From Rhizomicrobium sp. (GTDB lineage Bacteria; Pseudomonadota; Alphaproteobacteria; Micropepsales; Micropepsaceae), in NCBI GenBank assembly GCA_035494695.1, contig DATJGT010000036.1:9211-73210 (forward strand): a stretch of 64,000 nt of DNA. The letters run 5' to 3'. The position numbers were made by a program, and so were the translations under genes. Shown here in pieces: positions 33,110 through 42,426 of the stretch (the first letter of the stretch is position 1; each line of letters starts with the position of its first letter). The notes beneath the pieces were generated by a model, which had not been told where the DNA came from, searched no databases, and saw only the letters and a program-made list of their open reading frames with translations.

Positions 33110-33195
33110 TCAATGCTTCCTTTTGTAACCCTAGCAGAGTCGGAGCGCGAGCGTCAGCCGCCACTTGTCCGGCTCGCGAGAGGGTGTTCGGTTCT

Positions 33196-33624
33196 ATGAC
33201 AGCCGCAAGAAAGCGCAAGAAGTTCCTGATAGAAGAGGCAGGTGCTCGCCTGAGGAGCGTGGGCCTGCGGCCGACTCGTCAGCGGCTGGCGCTCGCCCAT
33301 CTACTGGGAGCCGATCATCGGCACGTTACGGCAGAGATGCTGCACGAAGAGGCCACCAGCGTCGGTATAGAGGTCTCACTGGCGACCATCTACAACACCC
33401 TGCATCAGTTCACCGACGCGGGCCTTCTGCGCGAAGTCGTCGTCGATGCCGGCCGGAGCTATTTCGACACAAACACCGGCGCCCATCACCACTTCTTCTG
33501 TGAGGAAGACGGGTCGTTGGTTGACATCCCGGGCGAAACAATCGAGGTCGCGCGCGTGCCAGCGGCGCCGAAAGGCATGGCTGTGGAGCGCGTGGACGTG
33601 GTGGTCCGCCTAAAGCGGGCGTGA
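33196..33624 (+). CDS. irr: Iron response regulator Irr (Fur family)
   Basis: GLRPTRQR, HRHVTAE, SLATIYNTLHQF, HHHFF; conserved position next to fabA. Confidence 0.9.
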   Translation: MTAARKRKKFLIEEAGARLRSVGLRPTRQRLALAHLLGADHRHVTAEMLHEEATSVGIEVSLATIYNTLHQFTDAGLLREVVVDAGRSYFDTNTGAHHHFFCEEDGSLVDIPGETIEVARVPAAPKGMAVERVDVVVRLKRA

Positions 33625-33643
33625 CCGCGTCCTGCAGAATTAC

Positions 33644-33670
33644 CTTAGAACAGTTCTAAACTGATTGACA
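33644..33670 (+). promoter_or_regulatory. Irr box (ICE) abutting a -35 TTGACA upstream of rubrerythrin
   Basis: CTTAGAA-cag-TTCTAAA (33644-33660) then TTGACA (33665-33670). Confidence 0.88.
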
Positions 33671-33752
33671 GTCCGGTGGCGAAGGGGCAAGTTCGATTCA
33701 GGCCAAGGCGTGAACGCACGCGCCCCGTGATCGATTGCAAAGGAGGACGAAC

Positions 33753-34175
33753 ATGGCACACCTGAAAGGCTCCAAGACGGCTCAGAACCTGAAGGACGCG
33801 TTTGCTGGCGAGAGCCAGGCGAATCGCCGCTATCTCTATTTCGCGCAAAAGGCGGACGTCGAAGGCTACAACGACGTCTCCGCCGTCTTCCGCTCGACGG
33901 CGGAAGGCGAGACGGGCCATGCGCACGGGCACCTCGAGTTCCTTGAGTCAGTTGGTGATCCCGCGACGGGCGAACCTATCGGCGGAACCGACCTGAACCT
34001 CAAGGCCGCGATCGCGGGCGAAACGCACGAGTACACGGACATGTATCCAGGTATGGCGAGGACCGCGCGTGAGGAAGGCTTCGACGAGATCGCCGACTGG
34101 TTCGAGACTCTCGCGAAAGCCGAGAAGTCTCACGCGGGACGATTCCAGAAGGCCCTCAACAGTCTCGGACAATAA
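33753..34175 (+). CDS. rbr: Short aerobic-type rubrerythrin (no rubredoxin domain)
   Basis: [30 protein letters not shown]; AGGAGG RBS. Confidence 0.93.
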   Translation: MAHLKGSKTAQNLKDAFAGESQANRRYLYFAQKADVEGYNDVSAVFRSTAEGETGHAHGHLEFLESVGDPATGEPIGGTDLNLKAAIAGETHEYTDMYPGMARTAREEGFDEIADWFETLAKAEKSHAGRFQKALNSLGQ

Positions 34176-34180
34176 CCAGG

Positions 34181-34268
34181 GATCAGGTATCGGGAATCAG
34201 GCATCAAAACGTTGCCTGATTCCCGACCTGCGCTTCTGATCCCCGATACCTGACATCTGATGACCTGA
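34181..34268. repeat. Heptamer-periodic inverted repeat element with two alternative stems
   Basis: GATCAGG/TATCGGG/AATCAGG left arm; complements at 34213-34226 and 34236-34253. Confidence 0.75.
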
Positions 34269-35626
34269 TGAGAGAAGGCAGCTTGGACGCGCCGACCCGC
34301 GAACCCATTGCGTGGCGCGATCCCGATTTCTACGACCAGCAGAAGCTCGACACGGAAATGCGGCGCATTTTCGACATCTGCCATGGCTGCCGCCGCTGCT
34401 TCAATTTGTGCGACTCCTTCCCGCGCCTGTTCGAACTGATCGATTCCAACCCGACCGAAGATGTCGAGGGCGTGAAATCCGAAGATTTCCCGAAGATCGT
34501 CGAAGCTTGCACGCTTTGCGACATGTGCTTCATGACCAAGTGTCCGTACGTGCCGCCACATCCGTTCAATGTCGATTTCCCGCATTTGCTGCTGCGCCAT
34601 CGCGCCGTCGAAGTGAGAAAGGGCAACAAGGATTTCACGCAGCGGCAGCTTGCAGAAATGGACCGCAACGGGCGGCTTGCCGTGCCAATCGCGCCGCTGG
34701 TGAACTGGGGCGCGAACGAGAACAACAAGCTTACTCGCCCCTTGATGGAGAAAGTTGCCGGGATCGATCGCCACGCCACCCTGCCGAAATTCGTGTCCGA
34801 AACGTTCATCCGCTGGGACAAGAAAAATTCCAGCCAGCCGAACAAGGCGGCGCCTGCTTTTGGCAAACGAAAGGCGGCGCTCTATGCCACCTGCTTTGTC
34901 AACTACAATAAGCCTGCCACAGGTGTGGCGGCGCGTGCGGTACTCAGCCATCTGGGCGTTGAGACACGTGCCGCCTACCCCGGCTGTTGCGGCATGCCAT
35001 TCCTGGAGCAGGCGGAAATTTCGCGCGTCGCCCAGCAGGCCGGGAAAGTCTCGAAGGAGTTATGCAAGCTGATCGACGATGGCTACGACATCGTCGCGCT
35101 CACCGCATCGTGCGGGCTAATGCTCAAATTCGAGTGGCCGCTGATTATGCCGGACAATAAGGACGTGAAGAGACTTTCCGAAGCGACGTTCGACATCGAC
35201 GAATATGTGGTGACGATCGCGAAACAACATGGGTTGCCGGATGGAATGAAACCCCTGCCGGAAGGAATCACGATTCACATCCCCTGCCATGCACGCGCGC
35301 AGAACATGGGGCCAAAGGCCGCCGAGATGCTGCGGCTCATTCCGGATACACCGGTGGATGTCATCGAGCGCTGCTCTGGCCATGGCGGCACGTTCGGGGT
35401 GGTCACAAAGACGCAGAAGGTAGCCAAGAAAGTCGGCCGACCGGTGTTTCGCACCGCCTTACAGCAAAATCGCGGTCACATCGCGTCAGACTGCCCCCTT
35501 GCGGCGCAGCACATCGTGCAGAATGTGCGGGAGCTGGCGGCGAAGGACGGCAAAGTGGCCCGGGTGGCGGAGCCGGAACATCCGATCCAGATTTTCGCCC
35601 GCGCGTTTGGATTGGTGGAGGCCTGA
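34268..35626 (+). CDS. Rubrerythrin-associated Fe-S oxidoreductase (GlpC/HdrD-like, CCG domains)
   Basis: CHGCRRCFNLC, CTLCDMC..KCPY, CCGMP, CSGHGG. Confidence 0.9.
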   Translation: MREGSLDAPTREPIAWRDPDFYDQQKLDTEMRRIFDICHGCRRCFNLCDSFPRLFELIDSNPTEDVEGVKSEDFPKIVEACTLCDMCFMTKCPYVPPHPFNVDFPHLLLRHRAVEVRKGNKDFTQRQLAEMDRNGRLAVPIAPLVNWGANENNKLTRPLMEKVAGIDRHATLPKFVSETFIRWDKKNSSQPNKAAPAFGKRKAALYATCFVNYNKPATGVAARAVLSHLGVETRAAYPGCCGMPFLEQAEISRVAQQAGKVSKELCKLIDDGYDIVALTASCGLMLKFEWPLIMPDNKDVKRLSEATFDIDEYVVTIAKQHGLPDGMKPLPEGITIHIPCHARAQNMGPKAAEMLRLIPDTPVDVIERCSGHGGTFGVVTKTQKVAKKVGRPVFRTALQQNRGHIASDCPLAAQHIVQNVRELAAKDGKVARVAEPEHPIQIFARAFGLVEA

Positions 35627-35627
35627 C

Positions 35628-36221
35628 ATGCCCGCGACGGAACGCAAGATCACGCCGGCCGACATTCTCGCTTACGAGAAGTACGCAGCGGACCGCGCGG
35701 AATTCCGCAAGAACGTCATCGCGGTGAAGCAGAACCGGCGCGTCGAGGTCGGGCCGTTCGCCAGTTTCTATTTCGAGAACTACGACACGATGTGGCTCCA
35801 GGTCCAGGAAATGCTTCACATCGAAAAGGGCGGCGCTGCCCAGATTCCGGATGAGCTCGACGCCTACAATCCGCTGATCCCGCAGGGCTCGGAGCTGATT
35901 GCGACGCTCATGCTTGAGATCGACGAGCCCAAGCGGCGCGATCGCGAGTTGTATCGCCTCGCAGGCATCGAAGAATCCACCTATCTTGAACTCAATCAGG
36001 AGCGCATTCCGGGGACGCCGACGGAATATGACGAGCGCACCACGTCGGACGGAAAAACCTCATCCGTGCATTGGGTGCGGTTCAAATTCATGCCGGAGCA
36101 GATCGCCAAATTCAAAGACCCGTCTGTCGAGCTGGTGCTCGGCGTCGCCCATCCCGCCTACAGCCACATGGCGGTGGTGATGCCAGACGTTCGCCGAGAG
36201 CTGGCGAGGGACTTCGCATAG
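35628..36221 (+). CDS. DUF3501 family protein
   Basis: FENYDTMWLQVQEML, YNPLIP, KTSSVHW; third gene of the rbr cluster. Confidence 0.88.
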   Translation: MPATERKITPADILAYEKYAADRAEFRKNVIAVKQNRRVEVGPFASFYFENYDTMWLQVQEMLHIEKGGAAQIPDELDAYNPLIPQGSELIATLMLEIDEPKRRDRELYRLAGIEESTYLELNQERIPGTPTEYDERTTSDGKTSSVHWVRFKFMPEQIAKFKDPSVELVLGVAHPAYSHMAVVMPDVRRELARDFA

Positions 36222-36251
36222 CCTCGGCGGACTGCAGAGAAGGGGTATCCT

Positions 36252-36647
36252 ATGGCCACCACGCGTGTCGCCCATTGCGCCTGCGGGCAATTGCGCGCGG
36301 AGGCGCAAGGCGACCCGCTGCGCGTCAATATCTGCCATTGCATCGAGTGTCAGCGGCGGACCGGATCGCCATTCGGGATCGGCGCCTGGTATGTGAAAGC
36401 GGATGTGCACGTCACGGGCGATTGCAAGACTTACATGCGACACATCGAAGGCCGCGTGGTCTCGAATCATTTCTGCCCAAATTGCGGCGGCAACGTGCTA
36501 TGGGAAGCGAGCAAGCGCGAAGGACTGATCGCGATCGCGGTCGGCATGTTCGGCGATCCAACCTTCCCGCCGCCCGCACGTTCCATTTTCGAGGAAGAGA
36601 AGCACCCTTGGATTGAGCTCACGGGGGAAATGGAGCACCTGCGCTAG
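36252..36647 (+). CDS. GFA (CENP-V) family Zn protein
   Basis: CACG, CHCIECQRRTG, FCPNCG. Confidence 0.9.
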   Translation: MATTRVAHCACGQLRAEAQGDPLRVNICHCIECQRRTGSPFGIGAWYVKADVHVTGDCKTYMRHIEGRVVSNHFCPNCGGNVLWEASKREGLIAIAVGMFGDPTFPPPARSIFEEEKHPWIELTGEMEHLR

Positions 36648-36739
36648 GTCAGGGCGGGCTGCGGATGGGGTACGCACGCTGCTCGCGCCGGCCGCAAGCG
36701 CCGTGCTAGGCTGCGGGCAGCAGCCGATCAGGACGGGCC

Positions 36740-37915
36740 ATGTTCTTCCAATTTTTCGATGAGCTTCGCGCCGCCAAGGTGCCCGTCACCTTGAAAGAAT
36801 ATCTTGCGCTTATGGATGCGCTCGACAGCGACGTCATCGATATGAAAATCGATGAATTCTACTACCTCAGCCGCGCGGCGCTCGTGAAGGACGAGCGTAA
36901 CCTCGACAAGTTCGATCGCGTCTTCGGCCACGTGTTCCAGGGGCTCGAAAATATCGATCCGACGCTGCTCGCCCAAATTCCCGAAGAGTGGCTGCGCGCG
37001 CTCACGGAAAAATATCTCTCCGAAGAAGAGAAGAAGCAGATCGAGGCGCTGGGCGGCTGGGAGAAACTGATGGAGACGCTCAAACAGCGTCTTGAGGAGC
37101 AGAAGAAGCGCCACGAAGGCGGCAACAAATGGATCGGCACGGCCGGCACATCGCCGTTCGGCGCCTATGGCTATAATCCGGAAGGCGTGCGCATCGGACA
37201 GGACAAATCCCGCCACGGCAAGGCGGTGAAGGTGTGGGACAAACGCGAATACAAGAACCTGGACGATTCTGTCGAGCTCGGTACGCGTAACATCAAGGTC
37301 GCACTGCGCCGCCTGCGGAAATGGGCGCGCGAAGGCGCGGAAACCGAGCTCGATCTGGAAGGCACCATCAAGGACACGGCGAACAAGGGCTATCTTGACC
37401 TGCGGCTCATCCCCGAACGCCACAACACGGTGAAGGTTCTAATATTTTTTGATATCGGCGGTTCGATGGATGCCTATGTCAGGCTTTGCGAAGAGCTATT
37501 CTCCGCGGCGAAGACCGAATTCAAGCACATGGAGTTCTTCTACTTCCATAACTGCCTATACGAGTCAGTGTGGAAGGACAATCGCCGCCGACACAGCGAG
37601 AAGACAGCGACCTGGGACGTGCTCCACAAATTCCCGCATGACTACAAAGTGATCTTCGTGGGCGACGCAACCATGAGCCCCTACGAGATCACCTATCCTG
37701 GCGGCAGCGTGGAGCACTGGAACGAGGAAGCGGGCGCGCTATGGCTGGATCGGGTCGCGCAAACTTACGAACACGTGGTGTGGCTCAATCCGGTGGCGCA
37801 GAAGCACTGGGATTACACACCGTCAATCAGCCTCATCAATCAGATCATCTCCGGACGCATGTACCCGCTGACCCTCGGTGGCCTTGATTCCGCGATGCGC
37901 GAATTGAATCGGTAA
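36740..37915 (+). CDS. vWA domain protein (CoxE-like)
   Basis: WIGTAGTSPFG, DIGGSM MIDAS-like, YFHNC, VGDATMSPYE, WLNP. Confidence 0.88.
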   Translation: MFFQFFDELRAAKVPVTLKEYLALMDALDSDVIDMKIDEFYYLSRAALVKDERNLDKFDRVFGHVFQGLENIDPTLLAQIPEEWLRALTEKYLSEEEKKQIEALGGWEKLMETLKQRLEEQKKRHEGGNKWIGTAGTSPFGAYGYNPEGVRIGQDKSRHGKAVKVWDKREYKNLDDSVELGTRNIKVALRRLRKWAREGAETELDLEGTIKDTANKGYLDLRLIPERHNTVKVLIFFDIGGSMDAYVRLCEELFSAAKTEFKHMEFFYFHNCLYESVWKDNRRRHSEKTATWDVLHKFPHDYKVIFVGDATMSPYEITYPGGSVEHWNEEAGALWLDRVAQTYEHVVWLNPVAQKHWDYTPSISLINQIISGRMYPLTLGGLDSAMRELNR

Positions 37916-37918
37916 ATA

Positions 37919-38006
37919 GGCGAGAGTCGAATAGCGGCGGACAGGCAGTCCCCATAGTCCGCTCGCTATTCGCTCTCGCCAACGGCTCTCCCTTAGGTGA
38001 GCCGTT
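37919..38006. terminator. Two consecutive hairpins between convergent genes
   Basis: GGCGAGAG.CGAATAGCG.GCGGAC...GTCCGC.CGCTATTCGCTCTCGCC (37919-37980) and AACGGCTC...GAGCCGTT (37981-38006). Confidence 0.65.
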
Positions 38007-38018
38007 CCGTCCGCAATT

Positions 38019-39206
38019 TCACTTCGGCACCGCGGTGAAGGCGACGTATTCGCCCGTCTCCTTGTCCTGCGCCTGGCCGGTGATCACGCCGCTATCGTTG
38101 ATGTCTTGGCCGGCAATCAGGATGTATTTCGAATCCGCCGGGATTAGCGTGTTCAAGTCCGTCATCGTGCCGTTCTGCCAAATGAACGCATGCGCCGACG
38201 GATAAGAGACGCCGACAATTTGATCATAATTGTTGATGCCAAGCCCCTCGGCGATCCGATCGCCGGGCAGCGTGTGCAGGTTCTGCAAGCCCGTTTTCTT
38301 GCTCCAGAAGAACGCATTGAATGTGACGTGGCTTTCGGAATCACCCGGGAGATCGGAAAACCCTGTGACGTGGCCCAGTTCATTGATGTCCATGGGCGTG
38401 TGCCAAAACCGTCCGCCGAGATTGCCGAGATCGGTGACCGAGCCTCTGTCCCAAAGCAGCATGTGCAGTGCGCTCGCGCCGCCGATCGCATTCGCGCAGA
38501 TGCCCGAGATGCCGACAACCTGGCCCTTGTCATTGATCGCTGTCGCGGCGCCATCGAGATCGCCGGCGGCTGGCGGAAGCTGGCGGACGGTTCCGTCCGG
38601 CTCCCACACCACGGCTTCGAATTGAAGCACCTGCGGCGCGTTGCAGGTTGCCTCATGCACTCCGTTTTCGGCCCAACCGACGATTTCGCCGGCGTTGTTA
38701 ATGCCTGTGCCAAAGCTGTTGTAGCCGCCCGGCAGCGGCGGAAGCGCCTGCATTGTGCCGTTCTGCCAGCGGAAACCGAGGCATACCTTCCCGGTTGGCG
38801 GCGCGGTGTTGAACACAGCAAGCGCGCAGCTCCAGGCTTCGCCCAGCGGATTGTTCTCAGCCGTTTCCGAAATGCCGGCAAATATTCCACGCTCGTTTTT
38901 GTTAGGCCAGGCGATGGCGCTGTTCGGCCCGCCAAGTGTGCCGAGATCCTGCGGCGCGCGACCGGTCCCCCAAAGTGTGGCATGCATCACGCTGTTGCCG
39001 GGCAGCGTGCCGTAGCCCGTAATCTGGTCCTGCTCGTTTATGCTGGTCCCCTGCGCATAGGTTCCGCCAAGCGGATTGTCTAGTTTGTAGACGGTGTAGT
39101 GACTCGCCTTCATGACACCGTGGGGCGACGCAGTAGCGGAGAACGCCACCGCGGCAAAAGCCAATGTGATCGTTGCGGTCGTTGCCAGCAAATCTCGGAA
39201 TTTCAT
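38019..39206 (-). CDS. Secreted HAF-repeat (beta-propeller) protein
   Basis: GGAGGA RBS; signal peptide; repeats DLGTLGG, GINNAGEIVG, INDKGQVVG, HAFIWQNGTMTDLN. Confidence 0.85.
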   Translation of the reverse strand: MKFRDLLATTATITLAFAAVAFSATASPHGVMKASHYTVYKLDNPLGGTYAQGTSINEQDQITGYGTLPGNSVMHATLWGTGRAPQDLGTLGGPNSAIAWPNKNERGIFAGISETAENNPLGEAWSCALAVFNTAPPTGKVCLGFRWQNGTMQALPPLPGGYNSFGTGINNAGEIVGWAENGVHEATCNAPQVLQFEAVVWEPDGTVRQLPPAAGDLDGAATAINDKGQVVGISGICANAIGGASALHMLLWDRGSVTDLGNLGGRFWHTPMDINELGHVTGFSDLPGDSESHVTFNAFFWSKKTGLQNLHTLPGDRIAEGLGINNYDQIVGVSYPSAHAFIWQNGTMTDLNTLIPADSKYILIAGQDINDSGVITGQAQDKETGEYVAFTAVPK

Positions 39207-39366
39207 TGTATTATCCTCCTCGCAAGCGTTCGAAGCGCCGAGCTTCGTTCGCAAGACGATACGTGCGATCGCCCGCTCGCGTTGGACGCAACCGGACGCC
39301 GCCTCTTGAGAGTCGAGGTCCGAAAATGTCCAGCCAGTGGGCTCGCAATCGGGTATTGTCAGCCAG

Positions 39367-40908
39367 GTGAGAGAAGCTGAACTTGACTGGCAAATCTGTT
39401 CGCGAGCGCGCCTGTCCCGCGATCCACGCTTCGACGGCAAGTTCTTCATCGGCGTGCACGGCAGCGGCGTCTATTGCCGTCCGATTTGCCCTGCGCCGAC
39501 AGCAAAGGAGAAGAATTGTCGGTACTTCACAACAGCGGCCGCCGCAGCGGAGGCCGGCTATCGTCCTTGCCTGCGTTGCCGCCCCGAATGCGCGCCAGGA
39601 ACACCGGCATGGCTCGGAACGTCCGCAACGATTGCCCGTGCGCTGCGGCTGATCGAGGAGCGCGGGCTGGATGACGACGGAATTGAGGGTCTTGCCGATC
39701 GCTTGGGCGTTGGCTCGCGCCATCTGCGGCGACTTTTTCTGCGACACCTCGGCGCGCCACCCTTAACCGTTGCGCAGACGCGCCGCGTGCATTTCGCGAA
39801 GAAGCTGATTGATGAAACGAACCTCTCGATGACCCAGATCGCTATCGCGGCAGGTTACGGGTCTGTGCGTCGTTTCAATGCGGCGATTGCCAAGATCTAT
39901 CACCGCACGCCCACGCAAATCCGCGCGAACGCACGCGCACAGAAGAGTCTCCCGCAAAACGAATATCGGTTTGTGTTGCGCTTCCGCCCTCCGTTCGATT
40001 GGAAAGGAACGCTCGCGATCCTCAAGGCCGCCTCGACACCTGGCGTTGAAGCAGTCGATGATTACACCTACCGTCGCACGATTCTCGTGCAAGGGCAGCA
40101 CGGCCACGTGCATGTTTCGCTTGATGAAACGCAGCCGGCCTTGCGTGCTCGCATCCACTTCGGCGAGCCCCGGGCGCTGTTTCATATTGTTGAACGCATT
40201 CGGCGAATTTTCGATTTGAATGCCGATTGGGCTTCGGTCGTGCAGACCCTGGGCCCCGATCCCTTGTTTGCCGACAGACTGAAAGAGGCGCCGGGCCTGC
40301 GCGTGCCCGGCTGCTGGGATGGCTTCGAACTTGCGGTTCGTGCGCTTCTGACGAGAAGAGTGGAAACTTCCGGAGCACGCGACCTTGCGGGTCGGCTTGT
40401 GCAAGCATTCGGACGGACGATTTCAGCCGAAGAAGGACTCACACACCTTTTTCCGACGCCCCAAGCATTGGTGGGCGCCAACCTCATCGGAATTGGCATC
40501 TCAGAACCGCGCGCGCGAGCTGTGCGAGCCCTTGCCAGTGCCGCTGCCGGCAGTCGCATTGGGTTTGAGGGCATGGCGGATTCCGAAGCCTTTCTCAGCC
40601 AGTTGCGCGCCATCACCGGAATGGACGAATACACGGCACAATACATTGCGATGCGCGCGTTGGGCGAGCCGGACGCGTTTCCTGCGGATGAAAGGGCTTT
40701 ACCGGCCGGATTGCACTGCGCCGCGGCGCTCAAGGAACGCGCGGAGCAATGGCGCCCTTGGCGGGCTTATGCGGCGGTCTGTCTTGCTACCGGAAGCATC
40801 AGGGATTCACCCACTGAGGGGCGCTACCAGGTATCCTTACGTCCTTCCCGAGACGATCGGGAAACCGGTCTGCATGTTTCGCCAACCATTTCGGTGCTGA
40901 ATCTCTGA
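39367..40908 (+). CDS. Ada Zn-sensor/AraC-AlkA fusion with degenerate glycosylase motifs
   Basis: RDPRFDG, CRPIC...PCLRCRPE, AraC HTH (SVRRFN), AlkA-like RVPG.WDGFELAVRA, WRPWRAYA; GTG start inferred. Confidence 0.85.
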   Translation: MREAELDWQICSRARLSRDPRFDGKFFIGVHGSGVYCRPICPAPTAKEKNCRYFTTAAAAAEAGYRPCLRCRPECAPGTPAWLGTSATIARALRLIEERGLDDDGIEGLADRLGVGSRHLRRLFLRHLGAPPLTVAQTRRVHFAKKLIDETNLSMTQIAIAAGYGSVRRFNAAIAKIYHRTPTQIRANARAQKSLPQNEYRFVLRFRPPFDWKGTLAILKAASTPGVEAVDDYTYRRTILVQGQHGHVHVSLDETQPALRARIHFGEPRALFHIVERIRRIFDLNADWASVVQTLGPDPLFADRLKEAPGLRVPGCWDGFELAVRALLTRRVETSGARDLAGRLVQAFGRTISAEEGLTHLFPTPQALVGANLIGIGISEPRARAVRALASAAAGSRIGFEGMADSEAFLSQLRAITGMDEYTAQYIAMRALGEPDAFPADERALPAGLHCAAALKERAEQWRPWRAYAAVCLATGSIRDSPTEGRYQVSLRPSRDDRETGLHVSPTISVLNL

Positions 40909-41020
40909 ACCCGGATCAGCTCCGTCCACGAGCCCACCAATAAGTCCAAAACCCGTCGCCATAACCTTGCATCGCAGATTTTCCCGGCGTTCACTGCCTG
41001 CGAGGTTGCTTCGGTGGGTA

Positions 41021-41653
41021 ATGTCGACACAGGCTCAACAGGTCTCCGCGCGTCCGTCGGACGTAGCCGTGCGCAAGACGGAAACCTCCGATATAGAGCA
41101 CGTGTCGCAAATGCTCGCACGCGCGTTCTCGGACGATCCGCTGATGCTTCATCTGGTCCGTGACGAGGAAAATCGACCGGCCAAGCTCGTGCGAATATTC
41201 AAAATGCTCCACAAACTGGGCCTGCCGCATGGTTCTTGTTTCACCACCAGCGGCTATGAATGCGCGACATTGTGGCGGCCGCCGAATGAGTGGCATCTGC
41301 CGTGGTGGCAATACGTGATCAATGGCCCGGAGATGCTTGGGATTTTTGGCGTGGGCGCTCTCAACGTCATGAACACCATGGATATTATCGAGAAAGTCCA
41401 TCCCAAGGAGCCCCACTGGTATCTCCAGGTGATCGGCACCGATCCGCCGAAACAGGGCAAGGGGTTCGCCAGCCTTGCCATGCGCCATCGACTCGGTGTG
41501 GCGGACGCAAGCGGCACGCCCTGCTATCTCGAATCCAGCAAGCCGACGAACATCCCGGTCTATCGCGCGTTCGGCTTTGAAGTCGTGCGCGAAATCAACC
41601 TTCCGAATGGCCCGACGCTGTGGCCCATGTGGCGGGAGCCGCAGACACCGTGA
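41021..41653 (+). CDS. GNAT acetyltransferase (puromycin acetyltransferase-like)
   Basis: HWYLQVIGTDP..QGKG, CYLESS..N..VYRAFGF. Confidence 0.88.
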   Translation: MSTQAQQVSARPSDVAVRKTETSDIEHVSQMLARAFSDDPLMLHLVRDEENRPAKLVRIFKMLHKLGLPHGSCFTTSGYECATLWRPPNEWHLPWWQYVINGPEMLGIFGVGALNVMNTMDIIEKVHPKEPHWYLQVIGTDPPKQGKGFASLAMRHRLGVADASGTPCYLESSKPTNIPVYRAFGFEVVREINLPNGPTLWPMWREPQTP

Positions 41654-41770
41654 TCGACCCGAACATCCGATTCCGGCAATAGGTTGGATGCGAAAGAGCC
41701 CACTGCGCTGCTGATCTTGCGCTAATCTGCTCGCCCTGCTCCGATAGAGCGGGCGCTCGAGGACAGACGC

Positions 41771-42415
41771 ATGCTCACGGTCCATCATCTCAACAATTCG
41801 CGGTCGCAGAGGATTCTTTGGCTGCTCGAGGAATTGGAGCTGCCCTATGAGATTGTGCGGTACCAACGCCTGAGCCCGGTCCCCTTTGCGCCGCCGGAAC
41901 TCAAGGCCGTGCATCCGCTGGGTAAATCGCCAGTCGTCACCGATGGCGAGAGCACGATCGCGGAGTCCGGGGCAATCGTGGAATACATTCTGGACAAGTA
42001 CGGCAACGGGCGGCTGCGTCCGAAGCCCGGCTCGCGCGATCACGTCAAATACATCGAGTGGATGCACTATGCCGAAGGCTCCGCGATGCTTCCGCTCCTG
42101 ATGCATATGTATTTGGGTGTACTGGGCGACGGCGCGGCGCCATTGCGCCCGCGCGTCGACAGCGAAATCGCCAACCACCTTTCCTATATGGAAGCGGCAA
42201 TCGGCGACCGCGAATTTTTCGTCGCGCACGATCTGACTGGCGCCGATATACAGCTGACGTTCGTGCTGGAGGCCGCCGATGCGAGCGGGCTGCTCAGGGA
42301 TTATCCGGTACTGACAGGATATCTGGCGCGCATGCAGGCACGGCCCGCATACAGGCGCGCCATCGAAAAAGGCGGATCCTACGATCTCGCCGCAAATCGC
42401 AGGCGCACCAATTGA
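41771..42415 (+). CDS. Glutathione S-transferase
   Basis: HLNNSRSQRILWLLEEL, HPLGKSP, AESGAI, GADI. Confidence 0.93.
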   Translation: MLTVHHLNNSRSQRILWLLEELELPYEIVRYQRLSPVPFAPPELKAVHPLGKSPVVTDGESTIAESGAIVEYILDKYGNGRLRPKPGSRDHVKYIEWMHYAEGSAMLPLLMHMYLGVLGDGAAPLRPRVDSEIANHLSYMEAAIGDREFFVAHDLTGADIQLTFVLEAADASGLLRDYPVLTGYLARMQARPAYRRAIEKGGSYDLAANRRRTN

Positions 42416-42426
42416 ACGAGGGCAGG

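Noticed and set aside
39207-39366. E. coli-type Ada box (AAT-N6-GCAA) in the HAF/Ada-AlkA intergenic region
   Set aside because: Three TCGCAA copies are present but the best match is AGT-N6-GCAA, too weak to call
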